Below are positions 46,565 to 59,851 of a stretch of 64,000 bases of DNA, piece after piece. The DNA comes from Pseudogymnoascus verrucosus. Taxonomy: Eukaryota. Made by a program: the position numbers and the translations under genes. The notes beneath the pieces are model-generated. The model ran no database searches, was not told where the DNA came from, and saw nothing but the letters and a program-made list of their open reading frames with translations. Location of the stretch: NCBI GenBank assembly GCA_001662655.1, contig KV460237.1. One strand, written 5' to 3'. Each line of letters opens with the position of its first letter. Position 1 is the first letter of the stretch.

Positions 46565-49500
46565 TTAACTCCCGCTATGCTCTTCGACTAAGCAGGAATA
46601 GTGCCTTCTACATGCTAATGTAGTTGGATGGTCCCGCCCAAGGGCAATTTCATAGCCGTTGCATGCCCTCTGGTACAGTTCCGCCGCAGGCTCATAACGT
46701 TGCAGGGAAGCTAGAAGGAAAGCCAAGTTGTAGACGCTAGTGAGCGTGTCTGGATGGTTGACCCCAAGCTCCCTCTCTCTCCCTTCTAGCGCTCGTCGGT
46801 TCATCAACTCTGCCTCCTCATATCTTCCCTGGCTGTCTAGCACTAACGCAAGGTTGCTAACGCTAGTGAGCGTGTCTGGATGGTTGACCCTAAGCTCCCT
46901 CTCATACCCTTCTAGCGCTCGTCGGTTCATCAACTCTGCCTCCTCATATCTTCCCTGGCTGTCTAGCAGTAACGCAAGGTTGCTGACGCTAGTGAGCGTG
47001 TCTGGATGGTTGACCCCAAGCTCCCTCTCCCTCCCTTCTAGCGCTCGTCGGTTCATCAACTCTGCCTCCTCATATCTTCCCTGGCTCTGTAGCACTGACG
47101 CAAGATTGCTGACGCTAGTGAGCGTGTCTGGATGGTTGACCCTAAGCTCCCTCTCATACCCTTCTAGCGCTCGTCGGTTCATCAACTCTGCCTCCTCATA
47201 TCTTCCCTGGCTGTCTAGTACTAACGCAAGGTTGTTGACGCTAGTGAGCGTGTGTGGATGGTTGACCCCAAGCTCCCTCTCTCTCCCTTCTAGCGCTCGT
47301 CGGTTCATCAACTCCGCCTCCTCATATCTTCCCTGCCTGTCTAGCACTAACGCAAGATTGCTGACGCTAGTAAGTGTGTCTGGATGGTTGACCCCAAGCT
47401 CCCTCTCCCTCCCTTCTAGCGCTCGTCGGTTCATCAACTCTGCCTCCTTATATTTTCCCTGGCTCCGTAGCACTAACGCAAGATTGCTAACGCTAGTAAG
47501 TGTGTCTAGATGGTTGACCCCAAGCTCCCTCTCCCTCCCTTCTAGCGCTCGTTGGATCATCGACTCTGCCTCCTCATATCTTCCCTGCCTCCGTAGCAGT
47601 ATCGCAAGGTCGCTAACGCTAGTGAGCGTGTCTAGATGGTTGACCCCAAGCTCCCTCTCCCTTACCACTATTGCCTCTTGAAGTATAGGCTCAGCGCGGA
47701 TGGCCTCGCCTTTTTGTATATAATACCATCCTAACCTGGTATTTATCGCTGCAACACGTAGCAGATCTTGCTGATCAGTCGCTTTGGACGACATGACCGT
47801 TCTCACGTGAGGAAGCAGAATCTGGCAGTGAGACCACGTCTTATAATCTCCATTTGGGAACAGTCTTTCTGTAATCTTAATCGCCTCGCTCCGCCATTTC
47901 TGTAGCTGTCCGTTCAACTCTACCCACTTCCTGGTCGACAGCTGCACCAGCCGGTGCATCTCGAATGCGCCGCCTTCTGAATGCTCTCGGATCAGCGAGA
48001 AGTTGACCAGCGGCGCAACACTATCCTCAAACAGCAACTGGTCTGTGTTATTATGTAGCAGCCGCTCGGGAATACTCTGTCTATCGAACATGCACATGAG
48101 CGAAAGCAGGTCTGCAGCTTCGGCATTCGTCCGTTGGATCTGATCGAACGAAATCTGCCACGTCGTAATCACCGCGTGCCTGATACTGTGATCGCGCCGG
48201 AGGTCTTTCGTCTCATCGTTATTCAGTAGACTAGTCTGGTTAGCCTCGCTTTCCCGGAACAGACTGAGGTATATAGATATGGTAACCCGCGGCCTTGACC
48301 GTATGTATGCTGCAGCGTGCGTAATCGCCAGTGGAATACCTTCAAGTGCCTGGGCTAGCTCCTTTAAGTCTGCCTTAGAAATTTTGTCTGCTGGTATCTT
48401 CGTCTTGAGCAACTCAACCGAGTCCTTCTCTTCCATTGGCTCTACCGGTATAAATTTACCAAACGTGTCGACGAGGTTGTTGGCCGCGGTCGAGTTACGT
48501 GATGTGATAAGGATTGATCCGTTTCGCGACTGAGGAAGAAACGTCTCTAGTGGTGGCTGCAAGTTGGTTGCTTGGTCGTGCGGTGAGACGCCCCTAACGA
48601 CATCATTATTCTCAAAAAACACACTTCCGTCGTCGACATTGTCTAGGACCATATGCCACTGTCCGTTGGCTTCATCTGACAGCCAATTGTATACTAGGCG
48701 TAGCACGTTGGCCTTTGGATCGTCTCGCCCCGGAAGCTCAAGCCTCTCTGCAATCTCTTGATACGCTTGTTCGAACCGGGTCTTGGTACTTGCATGGATC
48801 CAAAACACTGATATTTGCGGTCGGTGCTTCCGCGCTCGGTATGCATACTCGATAGCGATTTGGGATTTCCTACACGCATTTAGCCGCCGTGAAGATGGGT
48901 ATGGTAGCAGACCTACCCAACTCCCCCAAGACCGACTAGTGCTTGTCTCCTGTGCTTTTTTGGCGCCTCCTGCTGGCCTCCTAAGTCTAGTTGATCTAGA
49001 ATGTCTTCTCGACCAACGAAGTGCTCGTCTTGGGAGAAGGGAACTATAAATGGTTTGCTAGGTGCTGGATGAACTGAGTGATCAGCAGCATAATACATTA
49101 CTAGCATATAGTTACGTACAGGATATATCATTGTTATCAGCTAAGTTCGTTTCCCTGCTCGACAGTCCAGTCCTTATGAATTGCTTTAGAACTCCACAGA
49201 TCTGGCGGTAAGACGCATCGTCTCTGCTGCTACACCTAGCCATTTCCATATGATTCGCGTCGATGGTCTCTACAGTTTCTTGTTCCCTAGCGAGATCGAG
49301 CTTCGAGGAAAAGTTGTCGACTACCTGTGATATCTATTAGTTTCTGCAGCTCCATAGGTTACAGTCTAGTATTTTACTTTGCTGTCTAGACCTCTCATGC
49401 CGGAAATCCCCTTCGCTTCTTGGAACGAGTGAACTTTGATGGCGTATTTAGTAAGTATAGTCTTGAACTCCTCGTGAATATTGTCCAAAACCTCGTCGTT

Positions 49501-50333
49501 GACTTCAAGTGTTTGTACAAGACGTTTGTTTGAGTCTTGAAGGGCTAAGCTCGCCAAGTTTGATGCAATCACGCCCCAACCTGCGTACGTGCTTCCTCGA
49601 TGTGGTGTCCCAAGAAAGACAAGCAGTCTTGTCCGCTTGCAGATTGTTTCCGATCTATGTAGTGCCTATATCAGTGTATCAATAGCTGCGGACCTTCTAG
49701 CTGTATGTGCGGGGCCTTACGTCTTTCGTAATGATCCCCCCAAGACTATGCGCCACAAACACAATGGGATCCTGTGATGGCACTCGTTAGGCTTATATAA
49801 AGAAACACGGAGCAGTCTGGCATACTTCATTGTCAATTTCCCTCTCTAACTTGACAGCGAAGTCCCGGCCATGCTGTGAAACGCTGTTCTGGTTGTTTGC
49901 CTGGAAAAGCCCTCCAATAACATCCGCGTTGTACCCGTACGTCCAGATTCGAGCCTGGGGAAGGTCTGACGCGAGATACTCTTCTGGCCAGAAGATATCC
50001 GACAGTGGAGAGAAACTCGTCTGCCTCTTGTCGTCTGTCTCTCTCTTGCTCTTCTTTAGCCTGAAGAAGGTCTTGATGTTCTTGTGGTTGTCGGTGCGCG
50101 TATCGGTGTCTTCGATGCGACCGGTCGTAGAAGTGGACCGTATATGCGACCATGTCCCACGTGGATGCCCTCTGAGACCATGGATGAAGATGACGCTGAT
50201 CTCAGTCAGAATGCGCTGGGGTTAAGAGGTGGAGAATAGACTGCGGGGGGTTGTACTTCACACCATGCTGGTCCTCGCTCGCGCCTTCGCTCTCGGACAG
50301 CAATGTGACTCCCTCTCGGTGGATCTTCGCCAT
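46565..50333 (-). CDS. Fungal NLR: SesB-like alpha/beta hydrolase, NB-ARC NTPase, TPR repeats
   Basis: Spliced manually: MAKIHREG...N|VIFIHGLRGHPRGTW, IFWPEEYLASDLPQARIWTYGYNADV, FVAHSLGGII (nucleophile elbow), FLGTPHRGS, IDANHMEMARC; FVGRE, Walker A GLGGVG|KSQIAIEYA, Walker B MVLDNVDD, ILITSRN, GIPLAITHAAAYI, MHRLVQ; 42-aa LGVNHPDTLTSVSNLA repeats. Confidence 0.93.
46730..47665 (-). repeat. 126-bp tandem coding repeats (TPR array, ~7.5 near-identical units)
   Basis: GGATGGTTGACCC(C/T)AAGCTCCCTCTC...CCTTCTAGCGCTCGTCGGTTCATCAACTC recurs every 126 bp. Confidence 0.95.
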
Positions 50334-51123
50334 AGATGCTAGCTCGACAGTTGAGATGTGTTATGAAATATAGGCCGAGTTGGAACGCGATAGCAGCCAA
50401 ATCATGAGTATAGGGAAGTCTTGTCAAGGCTGAGAACTTGGCGTTTCTGGTGGTCCCATCCCGCATCACATCCACCCCTGCCAACACTCTGCCGCACCTG
50501 TGGCGATGAAGGAAGGGACTCCGGTCCGCACCGCTGTGGATTGACGGTCCGCTTTGGCCATTGGGTCCACTGTCCGTGTGCGATGAATTACCTAGTCGTC
50601 ATATCGGACTGTGAGCTTCGTTTACAGTCCAGATAAAATAAGTTACTGAAGTATTTTGTGGTTCTGTGGAGGGATGCAGTCTCACAAATAAAGTTAACTA
50701 AAAATTCCGCGACACCCAATTCGCCTTCTACTGTACAAGCACCACGGACTTATAACTTAACGAACCAGCACATAAACTTTGCTTTGTCTTAGGACAGGGC
50801 TCATTCGGCATTAAAAGCGCCGTCTTTCTTATATGTCCAGCTGCAGCTGCCTAGAAGAGGATCAGTTAATTCGTCGTCGGTTCCTCGACAGGCGGCTGCG
50901 ATAAAATTGTCAACAAGGGGCGTCAACGTTTTGTATAAATTGAATATAGAATGCTCTGGATGTGGTACTCAACCTAAAGTCTGTTAGATAGCATACCTCG
51001 TTCTCCCTGTATAAACAGACAGTAAGGCACTGACCGGATCGGAAATTCGCTTCCTCCGTCCTTGAACAGGAAACCCGAGAAGTGAGAATGAACTTTCAAC
51101 TAGGATACGACATACCAGTGCGG

Positions 51124-51281
51124 AGTCTAGAATCTTTAATCTAGTGAAAACTATATTATTACCAAATATATCGTAGAATAGATGTTTATTATAATATTTA
51201 TTAGTCTAGAATCTTTAATCTAGTGAAAACCACATCATTACCAAATATATAGTAGGATATATGTTTATTATAATATTTATT
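51124..51281. repeat. 79-bp AT-rich tandem duplication
   Basis: AGTCTAGAATCTTTAATCTAGTGAAAAC...TGTTTATTATAATATTTATT at 51124-51202 and 51203-51281; 6 mismatches. Confidence 0.93.
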
Positions 51282-51488
51282 ATCTTGGTCTTTTGTTTCT
51301 TGTCTTTGTTTTTGTCTTTTCGTTATAATGATATTAAGGCCCTGCCCCAGTTCTACCAAAATGCAGAAGTGTGCATCGAGTTTATCGATGTCGTACAAAT
51401 AGGTTATACCAATGAAATGGAAGTCCAAGGTGCCGTGTGGCTTACTATGTTGTATCCAATGTGTATCCGACGTATGATGTATCCAACT

Positions 51489-53375
51489 CTACCTTCCAAC
51501 AACCTCTTCATCCACCAGCTCCTCAGCCAGTGCATCCGTATACCCCTCACTCGCCGTCGTCCGATTTGGCTCTTCATCCTCAATATAAACTACTCAACGT
51601 TAGAATCATCCCCAAACCTCCCCAGACACCATCAGGAACAACTCACCATGCGGCCTAACAAACCAACTCAACACCCCCATCCCCCCAAACGTCACACTCA
51701 ACACCACAAAAACCGCCTGCGGAAACCCCCCCACAGTGAGACTATACAACCCCCCAAACACCGCCGGGAACACCACCCGCGCAAGCCCATTCAGCAGCGC
51801 CATCGCCCCCAGCAGCTGGCCCACCCGATCAGCACCAACATGCTTACTCAACGCACTCTGCAAAAGCGGCAGCGCGATCGAACCACTCGCCCCTAGGACA
51901 CCGAAGGCGAAAAACACGCCACCTTGTCGCGCGGATGCGAAGCCAGCGTGACATGCTGTTTCGAGCACGAGGGCGCCGCGGATGAGTACGAGATCCAGGG
52001 TGTCGGCGCCGGGGGTGCGGGTATCGTCCGCTGCGACGGTGGTGGATGCGTCGGGATCAGCTTCAGCGGCGCGGCGACGGGCGTGGTTCTGGTAGCGTGT
52101 GCGGAAGAGGTAGGTGACTAAGGGGAGGATGGCGACGAGGACGACGACGCGGAAGGCGGATGTGAGGCCGACGAACATCTGGGTCTCGAAGTCGCCCCAG
52201 TTGAAGATGAAGTTCGTGTAGTATACCAATACCGACCCGGTGCCGATGGAGGCGCCGAAGAGGAGGGTGTTGATTGCTGCGAGGAGGATGAGGTTCATGC
52301 GTAGATGCGGGGAGGTGCCTGCGCCGGTGGGATAGAGTATCTTGAGCGGGGCGAGGAAGTTAGCAGCGCGCGCGGCGCGCGAGGTGGGTGATGCGGCCGC
52401 GGAGGAGATTTCGAGTTTATGGCGTGCGCGGGCAGCGACCTGGCGCTTGGGGGAGAGGGATTCGGGGAGGATGAAGACGTGGTAGAGGAGGACGATTAGA
52501 TGGCAGAAGAAGGCGATCCAGAAGACGCTGAGGATGTTACCCGTGACCTGCGAGATGAATGCCGCGAGGAGGGGACCGAGTGCTATCCCGCCGAAGAGCG
52601 CGCCGCTGAAATACCCGAATGCGACGCCGCGCGTGGCGGGCGACGTGACGTCCGCGCCGTAGGAGTGCGTCATGGCCATGGCGGAGGTGAAGGAGCCGCA
52701 GAGGCCGTCGAGGACGGAGCCGACGAGGATCCATTGGTAGTGCACTGTGTCTGGGTATGTGGCAGCGAGGATGGTAACGATCTCAGCGCAGAGGCCGCCG
52801 ACGACCGCGAAGGCGAGGAAGTACTTGCGCCCGTAGCGATCGGAGAGTGTCCCGATTTTAGGACAGATGGCTGCGCTCAGTATGCCGGTGAGGAGGGACA
52901 TGTAGAGCGTGAACTCGGTTGCTAGGGCTTGCACTTCGGGGATCCGACACTGGGGGTTGTTGGCGAACATGATGACGGGCGTGTATGGCGCGTCGGGGTG
53001 CAGCGTGGATTGCGCGGCGATGTAGCGCCGGCATACCAGCGTGAGGACGAGATTGAGCTTCGGGACGATGATGCCGCCGAAGGCGAGGGCGTAGATGGCA
53101 TAGGCGGGGAGGAGCCACCAGATCTATGGCGCGTTAATGGGAGGAGTGGTTGAGTGCGTGAGTCGGGGGATACTGACGGATGGTTTGCGATACCACGGAA
53201 CTCCCTCGAAATCGGATTCCCAATCCCACGGCACCGAGCTGGCTGCGGTGGTGCTATCCCCATCGTCCGCCTTGGCCAGCAGAGGCGTGTCTTCCGCGAC
53301 TCGAGGGGATGCATCTATACCGAGACGGTCGCGGCCGTTTGGCGCCGCAGCGTCGCCGTTTCCTTGACGCTGCAT
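51489..53375 (-). CDS. MFS transporter (tetracycline-efflux/SLC46-like)
   Basis: PWYRKPS|IWWLLPAYA..., GTLSDRYGRK, LDGLCGS, SYGADVT..TRGVAFG, ILPESL, SALSKHV..DRVGQLLGA; introns near 53128-53175 and 51592-51646. Confidence 0.88.
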
Positions 53376-54682
53376 GGTGTTGTAGGTGAGAATTCGGCGT
53401 CACGACAGGACATTGGGCTTTCTGCCTGTTGTCTTCTCTTTGTTTACACTTCTCCTGTGCTTTATCTCCGTTTCTAGCTCCCGTCTCAGTGTTTCTCCCT
53501 GCGGCCAATCAATCCCAGAAACCGGCTACGTCACTGATTCCCACGCCGATTGCAAGCTTATCAATCCCGGCTGTATCTTTCCAGTTTTCGCCGTCGTCGT
53601 CCTTCTTTCGTATATCCCTTTAGCCTCTCTAGATTCATGGAGTCAAAGTCGTCGTCGCCGTATCTCTGCGCTGGCATATCTCGAAACCAAGCTGACGCTA
53701 TCTCGGGGTGCTATGGCATATATAATAGGAAGGAGGGCACAGGCTTCCTCTTGAGACGGCCCAGTTGACCAGGAACACGGCATCTGTGCATGCGAACTTG
53801 CGACTTTTAGTGGGCTGACGCTCGATAAGCTTGGGTCTGGAACCACGTAATCAACCACTAACAAACCACGTTTTTACCAACTCCGCCTCCGAGGTTCCGA
53901 TGGCAGTTGACGTTTGGCATTTGGGTGCGGGGGGGAGTTGCGGGATGTTTGAATTCCGATCTTTGTGGATAATGAGGTAAATAGATGATAATATATCTTG
54001 TATATCTTGTATATATACGCATTTAACACTGGTAATCCACCCTGACACTCTTTACCGCCACCTACTCTTCTCACAACTTATAAACTGCATTCAGTCAGTC
54101 ATGTGCAGTACACACCGTGCTGTATGTCTTAGACTCAGCTTAGACTCTGGAGCTCTTGGTCGATCAGCTAGTGTGTTTCTGGCGGCCCGCAGCGATTTGT
54201 GTTACTCCGCCACGTGGATGCGCCATGTTGGGCCTTTCTTGTACTCTCCGAGGGCATCAGGGCGTCAGGGCAATGAATAGGGTATTTAATTGATATTGGA
54301 AGGAAATAGCGACCGAGAAGCCCCTGCGTAGGCTTGGTTACTGTAGATATGTAGATGCATTATTCGCGGCGACGAGCAGCATCATCTGGCCGGAATCTCG
54401 TTGGGCTTCTGCGTCAGGTGAGAATGTGAGTGGTGGCACAATATGGTCGGCAGCCGTATTGTACTACTTGTGTAGCAACGAGGACAGCATACTTGTAGGT
54501 AGCCATTGCATTTCTCATAATCTTCAAATAACACGACTTTTCCTTTTCCTGGTGATACCCTATTATCTACAGCTGGCATTTGTCGCCATATTTTTATAAT
54601 AATATACACCCACGTCACAGTAGAGCAGAGTTCAACTCCCACCCCTATCACCTCTCACCACCCCTTACCACCCATCATCACC

Positions 54683-56242
<1,560 letters not shown>

Positions 56243-56375
56243 TCAGTCGCGATTGGAATGTTCGGGAGGTGTCGATAATCTAACTTCTACGCTTTGTGAT
56301 TTTCTCAATTGTTGATTTTTTTTATTAAGAAGACATTGAAGACTACAATTGAGGCATTTACTTCAGTCTGACGAG

Positions 56376-58431
56376 ATGGCTGACTCTAAAGAGGACTGGA
56401 AGCGGAAAGATGAGGGTGATGAGGAGGAAGACGAAGAGGTCGATGAATCTGTTTGCCCCCCCATATCAACGCTCCCCTCGCCCATCTAACCTCCTCCCAG
56501 GACTACAAATCCCAAAAAGACGCCATCCTCTTCGCCATCGAAGTCAGCCCCTCCATGCTCACCCCTCCCCCCGCCTCCCACTCCAAAAAAGCAGACACCG
56601 ACAGCCCCGCCGCTGCCGCCCTCAAATGCGCCTACCAAATCATGCAGCAGCGCATCATCTCCAACCCGAAGGATATGATCGGCATCCTCCTCTTTGGCAC
56701 CGCGAAGTCGAAGGGGCCCGAAGACAATGCCACCTCCGGCATCGCGTACCCGCATATCTACCTACTCACCGACCTCGATGTTCCCGCCGCGAGTGACGTC
56801 AAGGCGTTGAAGGAGTTAGTGGAGGATGAAGATGCTGCAAAGGAGGTGTTGGTACCGGCGCCGGAGGGAGCGGAGGTCACGATGTCGAATGTGCTGTTTT
56901 GTGCGAATCAGATCTTTACGACTAGGGCGCCGAGTTTTGGGTCAAGGAGACTGTTTGTGATTACTGATAGAGATGATCCGCATGAGAGCGATAAGGGGAT
57001 GAGGTCCGCGGCGGCAGTGAGGGCGAAGGATTTGTATGATTTGGGGGTGGTGATTGAGTTGTTTCCTATCGAGAGGGGTGGACAGGTGTTTGATAGGAGC
57101 AAGTTTTACGATGTGAGTAGTTTTAGACTGTAGTGTTACGGATGACGCTGACCAGACAGGATGTGATATACCGCGACCCAGCGGACACAGACACGCCATC
57201 CACCACCGCATCCACCACCGCATCCACCACCAACGCCCCAGCAGGCGGTGACGGCATCTCCCTCCTCAACTCCCTCATCTCCAACATCAACTCCAAGCAA
57301 ACCCCCAAGCGCGCCCTCTTCTCCAACCTCCCCTTCGAAATCGGCCCCGGCCTCACCATCTCCGTAAAAGGCTACAACATCCTGCAACGCCAAAAGCCCG
57401 CCCGCAGCTGCTACGTCTGGCTCTCCGGCGAGACCGCCCAGATCGCCACGGGCGAAACCACACACCTCGCCGCCGACACCACGCGCACGGTGCAGAAGGT
57501 CGACGTCAAGAAAGCATACAAGTTCGGCGGCGAGCAGGTCCTCTTCACAAAGGACGAGCAGAAGGAACTCAAGAACTTCGGACCACCAGGCCTCCGCATC
57601 GTGGGCTTCAAGCCCCAGGCCTTACTCCCTTCGTACGCCTCTGTCAATAAATCGACCTTCCTCTACCCCTCCGAGGAGGACTACGTAGGATCCACCCGCG
57701 TCTTCGCCGCGCTGTGGCAGAAACTCCTCGATTCCTCCACCATGGGCGTGGCCTGGTACATCCCCCGCACCAACGCGAACCCGCAATACATCGCCCTCCT
57801 CCCCTCCCGCGAGCGTCTCGACCCAGCAACATCCCAACAAATCGTCCCCGCAGGTCTATGGGCCTACCCCCTACCCTGCGCAGACGACCTGCGTCTCCCC
57901 GCCCCTGGGCCGGCACCGATAGTAAGCCCAGACGCGCTGACGGATAAGATGCACGTTGTTGTCCAGCAGCTCCAGCTCCCTGGTGCGGTGTTCGAGCCGA
58001 GCCGCTATCCGAATCCGGCCTTACAGTGGCATTATCGCATTCTCCAGGCTATCGCGCTGGAGGAGGAGGTGCCGGAGCTGGCGGCGGGGGATGATAAAAC
58101 GTTACCTAGGGCACGGCAGATTGATAAGCGCGCTGGACCGTATGTGGTTGATTGGGGGCGGGCGCTGGAGGAGGAGTGGCTTGATGTGGTGGAGGGGATG
58201 GGGGAGAAGCTGGAGGTTGGGATGAAGAGGGGGGGAGATGTGAAGGAGGGGAAGGTGAAGAGGGTTAAGGAGAGTGGGCTGGATGTGGTGGAGAGGTTGG
58301 CGAAAGAGGGGAAGGTGGGGAGCGCGACGGTGCTGATGCTGAAGGATTGGTTGGCGGCGAGGGGGTTGAATGTTGGGGGGAAGAAGGGGGAGTTGGTGGA
58401 GAGGGTGGAGGAGGCTTTTGAGAGTAAGTGA
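56376..58431 (+). CDS. KU70: Ku70 DNA end-binding subunit
   Basis: [97 protein letters not shown]-terminal SAP domain; introns ~56451-56500 and ~57113-57159. Confidence 0.97.
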
Positions 58432-58554
58432 GGAGTGGGGGATAGGGGGCTATGGAGTTAATGGGTGGGAGGAGTAGGGTTACAAGCAAAAGTGTCGGAT
58501 GTATGCTGAGGATCTTGGGGCTTTGGTGGCTGATGTGTTTGCTATGCGGGATGA

Positions 58555-58832
58555 ACAAGTGGGCGATAATGGAGTTTTGTGTGTCCATATCTCGCACATC
58601 TCATCGGCAGTGAGTGACCATGGAGTTGTTGACTGTCTATGCCTCATCCACAGTGAGTTGTCATGGAGGAGTTGACTATCTGTGTTTCGCACCTCTCATC
58701 TAAGTGAGCCATCAGGCAGTCGTCGACTTCCCACCGCGCCTCTCATCCGCAGTGAGTGACCGTGGAGTAGTTGACTGACTGTTACTCCATCCGCAGATCT
58801 CATCCGCAGTGGGCGATCATGAGTTGCTGATT
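58555..58832. repeat. Degenerate ~45-55-bp tandem repeat (5-6 units) downstream of KU70
   Basis: Core CTCATC..(C)AGTG(A/G)G....TGGAG..GTTGACT recurs at ~58600, 58643, 58695, 58742 and 58799. Confidence 0.7.
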
Positions 58833-59851
58833 ATCCAGCTGCCTGCCCATCCCTGCACAGATCGCATCGCATTTCCAGTTGCTGATCTACAGTGACTGGC
58901 GGTGGCGAAAACCACATCGCCAACACACCAGCATCAGCCACTGACGCAGATATCGCGTCTCTCGTTGGTTCGTGGTCACAGGAGGCACAGCCACAAGCCA
59001 CCGAGTGATCATCAACAGCACATCATGAGTGTGCTGTACTGTTTCACCATAACCGCCCTCTTTGGGCTAGAACCCGCAAACCTACCCGGCAGTGAACAAG
59101 ACTCTTCCTCCCCCTGGCCCGCAAGGGCTCCCACTTCCCCCTCGCGCGCGGCAAACAAACCCGTATATAGATAAATCCCGCTTCTTACTCAGAACTCTAT
59201 ACTGAATATCGTTAATACTGACTGTATGGCTCCCATATCCCCCCTAAGCGCCGCCGCCCGTTTCAAAAGTACGCGTGTGTCGAAGTACCCCAGCCTGTTT
59301 TTGGCAGGGCAGGGACGGCCGGGGCGCCCTGATGTCATGCCGCGTCTCGGCGGGCAGGTAGTTACAATCAGTGGCAGTCAGGGATTGGTGGGAGGGTTTA
59401 ACGGGGGGTAGTTAGGGGGGATAGTACAGGGGAAACAGGGTATGCGTTAAGTTAAGAGATTCTTGGTTCTTGTTTGGGGGGAAACACGGTTATCTAACCC
59501 CACACGTTGGAGATCGACGGTTGCTGCCAAACCTTGATGTGCGCATGTGCAGAGTAAAGAGTAGCTGGGCCTACTTTCTTCTCTCCTTTATTACTTGTTG
59601 CGGTGATTCATTCATTCTTTGTATCCTTTTATTCACACACACATACGACAGACAGTACATATCTCACTCTCATGGTCCGCCTGAAACGAAGTAATGCGCC
59701 GCTCTCCCCATCCTTGACGCGCCCAACAAAGCGCCCCGAAATCTTTTTTGGAGACCACCACCTCTCGCCCTCACCACGACGCTCCTCGATCTCTACTCTC
59801 TCTCTCTCCTCATAATCACTCTACTGCCTGGCTATCAGAGAATAGATCGCC

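Noticed and set aside
46740..47681. 313-aa plus-strand repetitive ORF
   Set aside because: Antisense shadow of the TPR array; a stop-free unit repeated in tandem gives a long ORF automatically.
46031..50737. TACTGTACA on both sides of the NLR as a possible target-site duplication
   Set aside because: A short motif that is common in fungal intergenic DNA; no TIRs or transposase support it.
51261..51896. 211-aa plus-strand ORF
   Set aside because: Starts in the AT-rich duplication and runs antisense to the MFS 3' end; low complexity, no motifs.
58555..58832. CRISPR-like repeat/spacer appearance
   Set aside because: Eukaryotic context, degenerate repeats, short irregular linkers, no cas genes.
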